Assembly (NCBI GenBank): GCA_012519085.1
Contig: JAAYQX010000005.1
Span: forward strand, 596-64,595
Reading direction: 5' to 3'
DNA: 64,000 nt
DNA from: Clostridiaceae bacterium
GTDB lineage: Bacteria > Bacillota > Clostridia > Saccharofermentanales > DTU023
Shown: positions 8,191 to 18,858 of the stretch, in pieces
Layout: each line of letters starts with the position of its first letter
Numbering within the stretch: the first letter of the stretch is position 1
Program-made: the position numbers and the translations under genes
Notes under the pieces: model-generated
Databases searched by the model: none
Seen by the model: only the letters and a program-made list of their open reading frames with translations
What the model was told of the DNA's origin: nothing

Positions 8191-10095
8191 ATGAAAATTA
8201 CTTTGAAAGACGGCTCAGTCATAGAATATGCAGCACCGAAACGAGCGATTGATATTGCTGCCGATATCAGTCCGGGACTGGCCCGCAATGCTATGGCGGC
8301 AATTGTCAACGGAGAGGACAGAGATCTGCGCTTTTTGATTGAAGACGATGCTGAACTGGAACTGGTACAGTTTGATTCAGCGGCCGGTGCTCACGCTTTT
8401 CACCATTCTTCAGCGCATTTGCTGGCCCAGGCGGTGCAACATTTGTACCCGGGCGTGAAGTTTGCTATCGGTCCGGCAATCGATAATGGATTTTATTATG
8501 ATTTCGAATTTGCAGAACCTATCGGTTTGGAGGATTTGGAAAAAATCGAAGCTGAAATGCGACGGATCGTGAAGCAGGATATACCGATTGAGCGCTACAC
8601 GCTTAGTCGCTCGGAAGCACTCCAATGGGCAAAAGATAATGATGAGACCTACAAAATTGAATTGATCAGCGCCCTTCCTGAAGATGAAACAATCAGTTTC
8701 TACAAACAAGGGGATTTTACTGATCTTTGCGCCGGACCCCATCTGATGTCTACAGGCCAAATCAAAGCGATTAAGCTGACTTCACTGGCCGGAGCCTATT
8801 GGCGCGGAGATGAAAAAAATAAAATGCTGACGCGCATCTACGGCACTTCCTTCCCCAAAAAGAGTGATCTGGATCAATATCTCGAATTGCTGGAAGAGGC
8901 CAAAAAACGTGACCATCGCAAGCTCGGCCGTGAAATGCAGCTTTTTGCCTTTATGGATGAGGGACCCGGTTTCCCTTTCTTCCTGCCCAAGGGCATGGTG
9001 CTGAAAAACACTCTGATGGACTACTGGCGTCAAGTACATAAACGCTACGAATACCAGGAGGTTTCCACTCCGATCATGCTCAGCCAGAAACTATGGGAAA
9101 ACTCCGGTCACTGGGAACATTATCGTGAAAATATGTATATCTCCCAGATCGATGGCGAGGATTTTGCTATCAAACCGATGAACTGCCCAGGCTCTATGCT
9201 GATCTTCAAGTCCGAGCAACACTCCTATCGTGACTTACCCCTGCGTATGGCAGAAGTAGGCCTTGTGCACCGTCATGAGAAATCCGGCGTACTACACGGT
9301 TTAATGAGGGTGCGCGCTTTCAATCAGGATGATGCTCATATTTTCATGACCCTGGACCAGATCGCCGACGAAGTTGAACAGGTTGTACATCTGATCGATG
9401 AAGTCTACCGCCATTTCAACTTTAAGTATCATGTCGAATTGTCTACCCGCCCTGAGGATTCCATGGGCTCAGATGAGGAATGGGACAGAGCTACAACAGC
9501 ACTGAGCAACGTCCTGGACAAGCTGGAGATTCCTTATATCATCAATGAGGGAGATGGCGCTTTCTACGGGCCCAAAATTGACTTCCATCTCGAAGACTCG
9601 ATCGGACGGACTTGGCAATGTGGCACGATTCAGCTTGATTTCCAAATGCCGCGGCGCTTTGAGCTGGAATATATCGGAGCCGACGGCGAACGCCATTTGC
9701 CGATTGTAATTCACCGAGTAGCCTTTGGCTCGATTGAGCGTTTTATCGGCATCCTGATTGAACATTATGCCGGGAAATTCCCTTTTTGGCTGGCACCGGT
9801 TCAGGTCAAAATTCTCTCGGTCTCACAGGCAGTCGAAGACTATGCCTTAGATGTGCTGTCTGAGCTGAAAACAAATGGCATCCGCGCTGAAATTGATGTC
9901 AGGGATGAAAAAATCGGTTTCAAGGTCAGGCAGGCACAAATGGAAAAGGTGCCATACAGTCTGATTGTCGGCCAGAAGGAAGCTGAAACAGGCACCGTCT
10001 CGGTTCGGGTTTTGGACCAGGGTGAGGCAGGCAGCTTATCTTTAACTGAACTGCTGGACAAGTTACACGCCGAAAACTCGCGAGGCAACAGTTAA
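8191..10095 (+). CDS. thrS: Threonyl-tRNA synthetase
   Basis: The track ORF starts at 8101, inside the T-box terminator. The ATG at 8191 follows GAGAGGAGAAGAA and gives MKITLKDGSVIEY (TGS domain). Class II motifs and the anticodon-binding domain are present (...HRKLGREMQLF..., ...FQLDFQMPRRF...). Length 634 aa. Confidence 0.96.
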   Translation: MKITLKDGSVIEYAAPKRAIDIAADISPGLARNAMAAIVNGEDRDLRFLIEDDAELELVQFDSAAGAHAFHHSSAHLLAQAVQHLYPGVKFAIGPAIDNGFYYDFEFAEPIGLEDLEKIEAEMRRIVKQDIPIERYTLSRSEALQWAKDNDETYKIELISALPEDETISFYKQGDFTDLCAGPHLMSTGQIKAIKLTSLAGAYWRGDEKNKMLTRIYGTSFPKKSDLDQYLELLEEAKKRDHRKLGREMQLFAFMDEGPGFPFFLPKGMVLKNTLMDYWRQVHKRYEYQEVSTPIMLSQKLWENSGHWEHYRENMYISQIDGEDFAIKPMNCPGSMLIFKSEQHSYRDLPLRMAEVGLVHRHEKSGVLHGLMRVRAFNQDDAHIFMTLDQIADEVEQVVHLIDEVYRHFNFKYHVELSTRPEDSMGSDEEWDRATTALSNVLDKLEIPYIINEGDGAFYGPKIDFHLEDSIGRTWQCGTIQLDFQMPRRFELEYIGADGERHLPIVIHRVAFGSIERFIGILIEHYAGKFPFWLAPVQVKILSVSQAVEDYALDVLSELKTNGIRAEIDVRDEKIGFKVRQAQMEKVPYSLIVGQKEAETGTVSVRVLDQGEAGSLSLTELLDKLHAENSRGNS

Positions 10096-10127
10096 TAGCT
10101 ATTGCCGGCACGAATAAATGACCATAA

Positions 10128-10163
10128 GCAACTGTCCGGACTTGCAGCCCGGACAGTTGCTTT
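10128..10163. terminator. Hairpin terminator between convergent thrS and kbl
   Basis: GCAACTGTCCGG-acttgcagc-CCGGACAGTTGC-TTT, a 12-bp perfect stem. Confidence 0.75.
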
Positions 10164-10228
10164 AAGCGACGATAGATCAGCAGTTTATAAAAGCATCGCA
10201 GCGCTACTATAATACTCCGCTCAGTTTA

Positions 10229-11416
10229 TTAAAGCGAGAATTTCTCCTTGCATTTAGCGAAGCAGGACAAGACATAGTCCAGATCCTCTTTGCTGTGCGC
10301 AGCCGAAATCTGAGTGCGGATACGAGCTTTGCCCTCAGGAACGACCGGATATTTAAAAGCAATGACATAGACGCCGAGACTGAGCAGATAATCTGCCACT
10401 TCAATCGCCTTAACTGCATCATAGATCATGACCGGCACTATCGGATGCGTACCGGGAATAACATCAAGACCCAGCTTTTCGATCTCGGTACGGAAATATT
10501 TGGCATTAGCCTCTGTCCGATCGCGCAGGGATGTGTCTTGCTCCAGCATATCTAAAACTCGGATCGCGCCGGCGGCAATGGCCGGGGCCAATGTATTGGA
10601 GAACAGATAAGGTCTGGATTTTTGCCTGAGCCAATCAATTATTTCCTGGCGCCCGGTCGTAAAGCCACCAGAAGCACCCCCCAGAGCTTTGCCCAGAGTT
10701 GAAGTCAGAATATCAATTCTGCCCTCTACGCCACAGTATTCCGGCGTACCGCGTCCCGTCTTCCCGACAAAGCCGGAAGCATGACTATCATCAACCATAA
10801 CCAGTGCATCATATTTGTCGGCCAGATCACAGATCGCTTGCAAATTGGCAATTACACCATCCATCGAGAAAACACCGTCAGTAGCGATCAATTTAATTCT
10901 GGCACCTTTGGCATCAGCTTCCTGCAGACAGTGTTCCAGATCAGCCATATCATTGTTCTTATAACGCAAGCGCAAGGCTTTGCACAATCTGATGCCGTCA
11001 ATAATGCTGGCATGATTCAGCTGATCGGAGATAATTGCATCCTCTTCACCCAGGATTGTCTCAAATAAGCCGGTATTGGCATCAAAACATGAGGAGTAAA
11101 GTATCGCATCATCAAAGCCGAAAAAGTCAGAAACTTTTTGTTCCAGCTGCTTATGCAATTCCTGCGTACCACAGATAAATCGTACCGATGACAGACCATA
11201 GCCCCATCTGTCGTAACTGGCTTTAGCCGCTGCGATCAATTCAGGGTTATTGGACAGGCCCAGATAATTATTGGCACACATATTTATGACATTTTTAGTT
11301 TTAGTTGTGTCAATACGAGAACCCTGGGGCAAGGTTAGGACTCGTTCCTCCGTATAGACTCCTGCCTCTTTCAGTTCCTGCAGTTCACTTCTGATTATTC
11401 TCAGTCCGGTTTTCAT
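10229..11416 (-). CDS. kbl: 2-amino-3-ketobutyrate CoA ligase (glycine C-acetyltransferase)
   Basis: The start is moved to the ATG at 11416 ([19 protein letters not shown]..., preceded by GGAGGAATTTTGAAA). It shows the alpha-oxoamine synthase fold, including the PLP-lysine region [17 protein letters not shown]. Length 395 aa. Confidence 0.9.
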   Translation of the reverse strand: MKTGLRIIRSELQELKEAGVYTEERVLTLPQGSRIDTTKTKNVINMCANNYLGLSNNPELIAAAKASYDRWGYGLSSVRFICGTQELHKQLEQKVSDFFGFDDAILYSSCFDANTGLFETILGEEDAIISDQLNHASIIDGIRLCKALRLRYKNNDMADLEHCLQEADAKGARIKLIATDGVFSMDGVIANLQAICDLADKYDALVMVDDSHASGFVGKTGRGTPEYCGVEGRIDILTSTLGKALGGASGGFTTGRQEIIDWLRQKSRPYLFSNTLAPAIAAGAIRVLDMLEQDTSLRDRTEANAKYFRTEIEKLGLDVIPGTHPIVPVMIYDAVKAIEVADYLLSLGVYVIAFKYPVVPEGKARIRTQISAAHSKEDLDYVLSCFAKCKEKFSL

Positions 11417-11542
11417 TTTCAAAATTCCTCCTGTAGACGGTGCATTCTCTACCGCACCCGGTATCATTAATTGAATGGGACTCCTAGTTGAAGTTGTTGA
11501 CAGCCTGTGCAAACAATCCAATCACAGCTTCTGAAAGATTGT

Positions 11543-12589
11543 TTATGCTGTGGTCCAATCAAGGATCACTTTGCCTGATTTGCCACTATTCATCGCCCGA
11601 AAACCCTCCTCATACTGCCTGAAATCCAGGCGATGCGTAATGATCGGAGTTAAGTTAAGGCCGGACTGGATCATGGCCATCATCTTATACCAGGTTTCAA
11701 ACATCTCTCGGCCATAGACGCCTTTCAAGGTCATGCTGCCCAAGATGACTCGATTCCAATCAATCTGAGTATCTGCAGGCAAAAAACCGAGGAGAGAAAT
11801 TCGCCCGCCATTAATCATATTGTCAATCATTGAATTCAGTGCTGATGATGAGCCCGACATCTCCAAACCGACATCAAAGCCTTCGCGCATATCCAGTTCG
11901 GGCATTATCCCTCTGACCGTGTCTTCTGACAAATCTATGGTATGGACAGTGGGTTCGACTTTTTTTGCCAATTCCAGACGGTAGGCGTTGAAATCAGTTA
12001 TGGCAATATGTCTGGCACCGCAATGTCTGGCAACAGCTGCCGCCATGATGCCTATCGGACCGGCACCTGTAATCAGAACATCTTCACCCACCAGATCAAA
12101 CTGTAGAGCGGTGTGCACAGCGTTCCCCAGAGGATCGAAAATTGCCGCGATCTCCTCAGGAATACCGGGCAATACTTGCACTGCGTTCGCTGACGGTATA
12201 ACCAGATACTCCGCAAATGCTCCCGCTCTGTTGACACCGACACCCAAAGTATCTTTACAAAAAACTCGTTTGCCTGCCCGACAATTTCTGCACTTGCCGC
12301 AGACAATATGCCCCTCGCCGGAAACAATATCACCGATATCGAAATTATCTACCATCGAACCAACTTCCACGATCTCACCGACATATTCATGACCGGCATT
12401 AAGCGGGATTTTAATCACTCGTTGAGCCCATTCGTCCCAATTATAGATATGGCAGTCTGTGCCACAGATAGCTGTTTTGTGGATTTTGATCTTGACATCA
12501 TTCGGGCCTGTTTCCGGAATCGGGATACGTTCCAGACTCAGGCCCGGGCCAGCCTCGGTTTTGACCAAAGCATACATAGTATCACTCAT
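11543..12589 (-). CDS. tdh: L-threonine 3-dehydrogenase (zinc-dependent)
   Basis: The start is moved to the ATG at 12589 (AAGGAGG, 9 nt, ATG; [10 protein letters not shown]...). It has the Zn-ADH motifs [12 protein letters not shown] and [10 protein letters not shown] plus a GAGPIG Rossmann motif. It lies upstream of kbl, the classical tdh-kbl pair. Confidence 0.9.
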   Translation of the reverse strand: MSDTMYALVKTEAGPGLSLERIPIPETGPNDVKIKIHKTAICGTDCHIYNWDEWAQRVIKIPLNAGHEYVGEIVEVGSMVDNFDIGDIVSGEGHIVCGKCRNCRAGKRVFCKDTLGVGVNRAGAFAEYLVIPSANAVQVLPGIPEEIAAIFDPLGNAVHTALQFDLVGEDVLITGAGPIGIMAAAVARHCGARHIAITDFNAYRLELAKKVEPTVHTIDLSEDTVRGIMPELDMREGFDVGLEMSGSSSALNSMIDNMINGGRISLLGFLPADTQIDWNRVILGSMTLKGVYGREMFETWYKMMAMIQSGLNLTPIITHRLDFRQYEEGFRAMNSGKSGKVILDWTTA

Positions 12590-12658
12590 AATTAACGGCC
12601 TCCTTGAAATTTTACCGCAATCTATTATACACTCAGCATCCAATGGCGACTATTGCTC

Positions 12659-14890
12659 TCAAACAGTCTGTGGTTTAATTTTCAACTTCCAGTTTCGCGG
12701 CAATTCCTGCCCTTTCTGCTGTAAGATAATCAACTGCAATTCTTCTTCACATACAGCTTGAATCCTCTCAGGCAGAGCACAAAGCTCACCATTACTCAGC
12801 GCTGCCGGAACAAACAAAGGCATTTTTTCGGCACCGGATGTACAGAAGCGAAGCGCCAGGGCCCCGGTCAACCTCCTATCCAACAGTGGCTCTTTCCTAT
12901 CCAAAACCTGTTCTGAAAACAGATTAGACATTTCTGTCAGTTGGCGATAATAATTGACTCGATACGGCTCCGCTTCTTCCAGGTATTCCAGAGCAATTTC
13001 AAGTGCCGCTTCCTGTTCCTTAATCTCCGCTCTATCCAAATCCATTTGCTTTTTTTGACGGTACAGATCTGCCAGATTGACCGGAGAAAAGTTGTTGACC
13101 AGTTCTTCCGACAGTTCCTGATATTTTTTCCGCGACTGATCTATTTCCAGCTCCAGGCGCAATTTAACTGCCTTGGCATTGGCTAGAGCATCCAGATTAT
13201 AGCGACTGGTAGCAACGGACGGCACGCCTGTTGTCTCTTGACCGGTTAAGGCAGAGCCGAATAATTGTTCCGTCGCATATTCATACTCCCGCTCGATCTC
13301 TTCGTCCGTGCGGCCGGCTTTAAGAACGGAGATCTGACTGAGGATCTGAGAGACTCTGGCATCGACCGGAGCGCTATCAGTAACTCGCTCACGCAGCTCT
13401 CTGAGCGCTCTTGCTGCTTCCTCCGGATATTGAATTCGCACATAGCGGGACAAAGACGTCACCAATTCATATCCGGCGTGATTGGTTGCAGTTTCACCCT
13501 TACTAACTTCTGCTAATAATCTGTCTTCTGTTGCACGAGCTTTCTGATAAGCTGCAATCTCTTCCTCCAGTCGCCACATCAGACTGTTTTTTTCTCTTTT
13601 ATGTTCGGAGAGCCGATTTTGTACCCTATCTATATTGGAACGGGCCTTACCCAGTGCTGTGGCGCCTGTAGCTTTACTTCTGGCTGTATACGATATTAAT
13701 AATAGTACGGCAACGAAGGCGCCACCGAGCAGTATGGAGCCTCCAATTATACTGTCAGCCAGGATCAGGATCAGCCCGGCCACTGCTGCCAGCCCAAGCA
13801 GCAACAGTAAGCGGAAATCTCCCGCATACTTTTTACCGGACCTGGTATATTCATTTCTGATCAGTTCAAATTTGTGTTTCTCCCCTGCCAGCTGTCTCAG
13901 CAAATTACTTTCTCTATCTTCCGCTTGATCCAGCTGATTTTTTAGTTCATTGCCCCGCTGATAACATTCCTTAACCTCTTCATTAACAGTTATCAATTGC
14001 ATCCGCATAACATTAAGATTTTTGGCTTTTTGATGCCAGTCATTATAAAAATCCTCATAAGATGTCAACTCAATAGCATAGGGCAAGTTCTTTTCCTGGG
14101 CTTCTCTGGTCAGGCTGTATGCTTCAGATTCAGCCGCAGCCAATTCCGAGCGCAGCAATAAGAGATTCTCGTATCTTGCTTTGTCTTCCAGCAGTTCCAG
14201 CTGATGTACCCTGGGTAAGACCTCCTGCAATTGCTCCTCACGCTGCTTTATACTCTGCTTATGCTGAAAAATCTTATCAATCAATTCTGCCTGATTCTTG
14301 TCTGAGTTCTTAGCGACTTCAATTAATTGCTTCAGCTGTTCACTCTGCTCCGACAGCATTGCGACTTTGCCCTGAGTGCTATTGTGATCGCGGAGAGCTG
14401 CTAATTTTTCTCGCAGTATTAATTCTATTTGCTCCGACCAGGAGGTGAAATGTTCCGGCGGCGGAACAGGCGCCAGACTCAGTGCAAAGACAAATTCATC
14501 CCGGCTGAGGGAAAACAGATCCAGACCCGGCTGCGGTGAACAATCAGCACTCAGATCCGCTCCGCTTGTTTCATTGAGTAATTTGATCTTATCGTTCTCA
14601 CCTGCGACAGTCGTCAGCCGTTCCAATAGGTACTCCGTACCATTGTGTAGAAAACTGATACTGCCCCCGATCGCCTTCGTCTGAATGGAATTCTCAATCC
14701 GCGGCAGATAATTAGAGGCAAGGCAGTCTTCGCAGTGACCATAAAATGTGAAGACAATGAAAGATAAGATCTGCTCCAGGCGTTCGGCCTGACCCGACAA
14801 GACTGAAATATCTTGATCACCCCGCAAATCCAATCTCACTTGCGCCAGGCTGCCATAAGTCAAGATGTCTATTTGCAATATCTTCATCAT
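12659..14890 (-). CDS. YhaN/SbcC-like coiled-coil protein with a central TM hairpin and degenerate ATPase motifs
   Basis: 743 aa. The N-terminus MKILQIDILTYGSLAQVRLDL...ISVLSGQAERLEQILSFI aligns to the Rad50/SbcC/YhaN head, but the P-loop GxxxxGK[ST] reads GQAERLEQ. Long coiled-coil regions flank a hydrophobic hairpin (FRLLLLLGLAAVAGLILILADSIIGGSILLGGAFVAVLLLISY). The C-terminal head reads LTGALALRF...EKMPLFVPAALSNGE where Walker B hhhhDD is expected. An ATGA overlap links it to the upstream phosphoesterase gene. Confidence 0.7.
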   Translation of the reverse strand: MMKILQIDILTYGSLAQVRLDLRGDQDISVLSGQAERLEQILSFIVFTFYGHCEDCLASNYLPRIENSIQTKAIGGSISFLHNGTEYLLERLTTVAGENDKIKLLNETSGADLSADCSPQPGLDLFSLSRDEFVFALSLAPVPPPEHFTSWSEQIELILREKLAALRDHNSTQGKVAMLSEQSEQLKQLIEVAKNSDKNQAELIDKIFQHKQSIKQREEQLQEVLPRVHQLELLEDKARYENLLLLRSELAAAESEAYSLTREAQEKNLPYAIELTSYEDFYNDWHQKAKNLNVMRMQLITVNEEVKECYQRGNELKNQLDQAEDRESNLLRQLAGEKHKFELIRNEYTRSGKKYAGDFRLLLLLGLAAVAGLILILADSIIGGSILLGGAFVAVLLLISYTARSKATGATALGKARSNIDRVQNRLSEHKREKNSLMWRLEEEIAAYQKARATEDRLLAEVSKGETATNHAGYELVTSLSRYVRIQYPEEAARALRELRERVTDSAPVDARVSQILSQISVLKAGRTDEEIEREYEYATEQLFGSALTGQETTGVPSVATSRYNLDALANAKAVKLRLELEIDQSRKKYQELSEELVNNFSPVNLADLYRQKKQMDLDRAEIKEQEAALEIALEYLEEAEPYRVNYYRQLTEMSNLFSEQVLDRKEPLLDRRLTGALALRFCTSGAEKMPLFVPAALSNGELCALPERIQAVCEEELQLIILQQKGQELPRNWKLKIKPQTV

Positions 14891-16170
14891 TGTCCTGCAT
14901 CCCGGCTGCGTCTTGACTGCGATTCCGGCGCAGTCGACAACTGTGCAAATTCTTGCTGGCGGACTATGGCAGATGCGTTCTCTGTTGCAGACGCCAGGTA
15001 GGTTATAGCCAGATGTTTGGGTCCCGATTCGTCATCCTGCTGCTGATGGTCGGCACTCTGGCGCTCAGCTGTCAGAGCAAAACCCGGAAACAAAAGTCTG
15101 CGCTCCTGTCCCGGGAAACTAGGTAAAGTCCGTTCATCAAGGATCTCAATATATAATAGGTTGCGCTGGAAATACTGTCGTAGCTGGCCTATATCTGCCA
15201 ATCTTGACTTTTTGCCCCGCAATACCAGCTGCCAGAGGCTGTCCGGATGAATATTGACTCGATTGGTTCGGATTTGCTGCTGCAGGTGGCGGATAATATC
15301 GGCAGTCGATTCATTGCCCAGGCATTGGTACTCGATTCGCTCGAAAGTAGGCAGGAATAAGGGATATTCCTGCAGTTTCAACTGAGTATTTTTCAGTTTT
15401 TGCATCTGTTTTCTCGTAACTAGATCCAGATTGGCTCGACCACCCTTGATCAAGTCACCGGACAATTCACCGTAGAGAAAGCTTTTGCTGCCAGGCTCCC
15501 GGAAGCTCCGACCGATCGGTGCTCCGGCTGAGGCATAAGGCACCTCAGACTGCTCATCAATGATCAGCTGATGATTATGCCCCGCAGCAAAATAATCAGC
15601 ATTACTGCTGCGGATCAGCTCCGGAGAAAGAGGGCGGAACGGTGAATTCCTATCCAGTAGATCACCGTGTGCTACCGCTATCTGAAAAGCCGAACCGTCA
15701 CTGACATTAAAATCCGGGAAATAGCCCGGCCTGGCTGCTGTCTGATGTTCAAAAGCCAGCCCGGTAAAAACTGTATTGAGATCAGGAAATTCAAATATGC
15801 TGTTTTCCCTGCTGAAGATATGGACATTTGCCGGCCACTTTTCACCCAGCCAGGGAGCCCCCGGCGGCATAGGATCATGATTGCCGGGAGCAATAATGAT
15901 CGGTAGGTCGGCAAGTTCTGTAATTAGCCGAACAAAGAATGTCAGGCATTGCCCCTCCGGGCGGACTCGATCAAAAATATCGCCGGTCAAAATCAGAAAA
16001 TCCACCTGATGATCACGGCAGGCTTCGGTCAATGCTTTGCCTATTTCATTTTGTTTGGCTTTGAGTAACTTCGAGGCGTCAGAGGACAGCGAAGGCCAGG
16101 TCTGGCCCAGATGCCAGTCACCGGTTTGGATAAAGCGGATTTTGCTTTTTCCCATTCTTAACCTCTTCAC
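14887..16170 (-). CDS. Metallophosphoesterase, Mre11/SbcD/YhaO-like DNA exonuclease
   Basis: 427 aa. All calcineurin-like phosphoesterase motifs are present: IRFIQTGDWHLG, ILTGDIFD, IIAPGNHD, VAHGDL and AAGHNH. Confidence 0.85.
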   Translation of the reverse strand: MKRLRMGKSKIRFIQTGDWHLGQTWPSLSSDASKLLKAKQNEIGKALTEACRDHQVDFLILTGDIFDRVRPEGQCLTFFVRLITELADLPIIIAPGNHDPMPPGAPWLGEKWPANVHIFSRENSIFEFPDLNTVFTGLAFEHQTAARPGYFPDFNVSDGSAFQIAVAHGDLLDRNSPFRPLSPELIRSSNADYFAAGHNHQLIIDEQSEVPYASAGAPIGRSFREPGSKSFLYGELSGDLIKGGRANLDLVTRKQMQKLKNTQLKLQEYPLFLPTFERIEYQCLGNESTADIIRHLQQQIRTNRVNIHPDSLWQLVLRGKKSRLADIGQLRQYFQRNLLYIEILDERTLPSFPGQERRLLFPGFALTAERQSADHQQQDDESGPKHLAITYLASATENASAIVRQQEFAQLSTAPESQSRRSRDAGQ

Positions 16171-16426
16171 CGTAAATTGGAGCTGTGTGCTTCACAAATT
16201 TGAGCTTTGTGCTAAGTCCATTAATACCAGACAATTATATCATAAATGTAGAGGAAAATTTTTAGGTGAGCGGCGATTATAGGCGAGTGTACTTTATATA
16301 AAGTAACGTTGGCTACAGAGTTTAGCAAAGTATTAATGCGAAGATAGGAGATGAAAAATAAGATTTTTATCACAATATTCCGTGTATATCGGATCATATT
16401 CACGAAAATTGAAAGGGGCTTTACTT

Positions 16427-16951
16427 ATGAAAATGAATGAAAAAGTTCGCAAAGCATTTAGCACTCAGATTAACAGAGAGTTTTATTCTGCTTTCCTCTA
16501 TCTGCAGATGTCCGACTGGCTAAACCAAAATAGCTTCCCCGGTGCTGCACACTGGATGTATATCCAGTACATGGAGGAATTGTCTCATGCTCAGGGTCTG
16601 TTCGAATATCTGCAGATGAGAGGTGTCAAGGCCGATATCGACCGGATTGACAAACCTGAACCGGAAACCTGGGAGAATGTCCAGGCTGTTTTCGAAGGCG
16701 CTTTGAAACATGAGCAGCAAATCACGGCTTGGATCAACGAATTAGTTGATATCGCAGCTGAAGCCGGTGACAAAGCAGCCGTTCTATTCCTCGACTGGTA
16801 CGTCATAGAACAGGTGGAAGAAGAAGCAAATCAGGAAGATAATTGCGACAATGTCTCTAGTGCCAGCGGGCAGCCCGGACCTTTGCGCATGTGGGACAAG
16901 CAAATGGGTACACGCGTCTTTGTACCTGCTGTTATTCCTTATCTCGAATAA
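16427..16951 (+). CDS. ftnA: Ferritin (non-haem, bacterial)
   Basis: The start is moved to the ATG at 16427 (MKMNEKVRKAFSTQINREFYSAFLYLQMS...). It has the ferritin-like di-iron ligand pattern (E..Y, EELSHA, E..Q). Length 174 aa. Confidence 0.88.
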   Translation: MKMNEKVRKAFSTQINREFYSAFLYLQMSDWLNQNSFPGAAHWMYIQYMEELSHAQGLFEYLQMRGVKADIDRIDKPEPETWENVQAVFEGALKHEQQITAWINELVDIAAEAGDKAAVLFLDWYVIEQVEEEANQEDNCDNVSSASGQPGPLRMWDKQMGTRVFVPAVIPYLE

Positions 16952-16984
16952 TTTCTGCACACGCCGCTATTTAGACTTAGCATC

Positions 16985-17012
16985 AAGGAGCCTGCAAACA
17001 GGCTCCTTTTTT
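16985..17012 (+). terminator. Rho-independent terminator after the ferritin gene
   Basis: AAGGAGCCTG-caaa-CAGGCTCCTT-TTTT. Confidence 0.85.
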
Positions 17013-17091
17013 ACAGCCTAAAGTTCATGCTTGATCCGGCTCGAAATATGTTTACAATAAGGAAGATTGATCCTTAGGAGAAGCCAAAGTA

Positions 17092-18858
17092 GTGGGTATC
17101 AAAAAGCGTCAGACAAAGCGCAATCTAATAGTTTTAAGCCTCTGTTTGCTACTCCCGATGGCAATCAATGCTGCCTACCCTTTACTGCTTGCTCCCAAAC
17201 AGGCTTCCCGTGCTTTTGTTAATATAAATCCAGACTCAAATTCCGACGCTTCTATACCGGTTGCGGATTCTCAGTACAATGCTGCTCTGACGGATGTTTT
17301 AGACTCATCAACAGAAGAATCTCTGCAGGCAACTGCTGACAGCGAACTTAAAGCTGCAGATTACCCTCCGGCAGATACTATTCCCCCATTCACCAAAAGA
17401 GAACCACCGGAACTGGAAACATACACTGTCAGTACAACTGCAAGTCCAACCCCTGTTCCCAGTACCGTACCGGCAACAGTGCCGAAACAGACTGAGGCAA
17501 CTACACACCAAACTGCAAAGGCTACTGAAAAAACTAAATCAACCACTAATCAAACAACTGTCCGCCAGCAGACTGCAACAACAGCAATTCCTACCGCTAT
17601 TGCTGTTGCATCGCCTCCAACTCCAACTGCTAAACCAACACCACAGCCTACTTTTACTCCTACTCCTACTCTTACTCCTACCCCCACTCCTACCATTACC
17701 CCTAAACCTATACCCATAGCGACTAATCAAGTCAAAGTCGGAGCTCCTTATACCATCAGAGTATTTATTGATCAACAGCTGGTCGTTGTTTATGGCACAG
17801 CCGACAACAAAGAAGTCCCGATCAGAAAGATGGTCGCCTCAACCGGCACTCGAAGCTATCCGACTCCGATTACCGGAGAGAATCACCATTATTATCTGGG
17901 TGGTGGCCAAACTTGGGTCAGATTTCGTTTGTTCAAACCAGTATCCTGCCATCAATATGCTACGAGGTTTTATGGCAGAACCTTAACGGGCAAATCACTG
18001 GGCTCTAATTTTTACTTTCATACCCCAGCTTATTCCAAAATGCGTGATCCATCCTCACTCTATGTCAGCTTATTCAATCTGCTGGGAACTAGAGCTTCTC
18101 ACGGTTGTATTCGTCTAAACACAGCTGATGCCAAGTATATTTATGGGCTACGGGGAACTAGAACAAAAGTCAAAGTTTTGAACAGCGCTGCCGGCTATAA
18201 TCTCAGCGGAGTTCCCGGTCTGCCCAAGGTCACGATCAAAGTCGGAAAAAATGATTTACGTTATGGCTGGGACCCCTATGATCCTGACTACAGAAATCCA
18301 TGGAAAATCCAAGTAAAAACACCGCCACAACTAACCGGTACAGCACAAGAATTTATAGCCGGGTCAATACCTGTTTTTGACTATCTTAAGGGAGTCAAAG
18401 CCTTAGACTTTTTTGGCAATGATCTGATAGTAAGCGTCCAGTCCGGAACTGTTGATGTGAATAAGGCCGGCAATTATCCTGTGGTCTATTTTGCCAAAGA
18501 TGATATGGGCAATAGTAGCACACTAACTTTGACACATCGGATCCTACCCGCCCCAACACCGATACCTACTGCCACACCGACACCTACCGCTACACCGACA
18601 CCGTTGCCTACTGCCACACCGACACCTACTGCTACACCAACACCTACCGCTACGCCGACACCGTTGCCGACTGCTACACCGACACCTACCGCTACACCGA
18701 CACCGTTGCCGACTGCTACACCAACGCCTACCGCTACACCGACACCTACCGCTACACCGACGCCGACACCTACTGCTACACCAACACCTACCGCTACACC
18801 GACACCGTTGCCGACTGCTACACCAACGCCTGTACCTACACCTACGCCTGTACCATAA
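17092..18858 (+). CDS. Secreted L,D-transpeptidase (YkuD domain) with Pro/Thr-rich linkers
   Basis: 588 aa with a GTG start after AGGAGA. It has an N-terminal signal/anchor ([19 protein letters not shown]), a P/T-rich region, the YkuD catalytic motif [16 protein letters not shown], an Ig-like segment ([25 protein letters not shown]) and a C-terminal [[14 protein letters not shown]]n tail. Confidence 0.88.
   Translation: MGIKKRQTKRNLIVLSLCLLLPMAINAAYPLLLAPKQASRAFVNINPDSNSDASIPVADSQYNAALTDVLDSSTEESLQATADSELKAADYPPADTIPPFTKREPPELETYTVSTTASPTPVPSTVPATVPKQTEATTHQTAKATEKTKSTTNQTTVRQQTATTAIPTAIAVASPPTPTAKPTPQPTFTPTPTLTPTPTPTITPKPIPIATNQVKVGAPYTIRVFIDQQLVVVYGTADNKEVPIRKMVASTGTRSYPTPITGENHHYYLGGGQTWVRFRLFKPVSCHQYATRFYGRTLTGKSLGSNFYFHTPAYSKMRDPSSLYVSLFNLLGTRASHGCIRLNTADAKYIYGLRGTRTKVKVLNSAAGYNLSGVPGLPKVTIKVGKNDLRYGWDPYDPDYRNPWKIQVKTPPQLTGTAQEFIAGSIPVFDYLKGVKALDFFGNDLIVSVQSGTVDVNKAGNYPVVYFAKDDMGNSSTLTLTHRILPAPTPIPTATPTPTATPTPLPTATPTPTATPTPTATPTPLPTATPTPTATPTPLPTATPTPTATPTPTATPTPTPTATPTPTATPTPLPTATPTPVPTPTPVP
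18541..18855 (+). repeat. Coding tandem repeats encoding a (T/A/L)PTP low-complexity tail
   Basis: Reiterated ACACCGACACCTACCGCTAC / ACACCGTTGCCGACTGCT units make up the last ~105 codons of the transpeptidase. They generate the mirror ORF 18486..18938(-) (GVGVAVG...). Confidence 0.9.

Noticed and set aside
16300-16426. Possible Fur/PerR box upstream of the ferritin gene (aataagatttttatcacaatatt)
   Set aside because: The best hand alignment to the 7-1-7 consensus TGATAATnATTATCA matches only about 9 of 14 positions in an AT-rich background. That is not enough to call.
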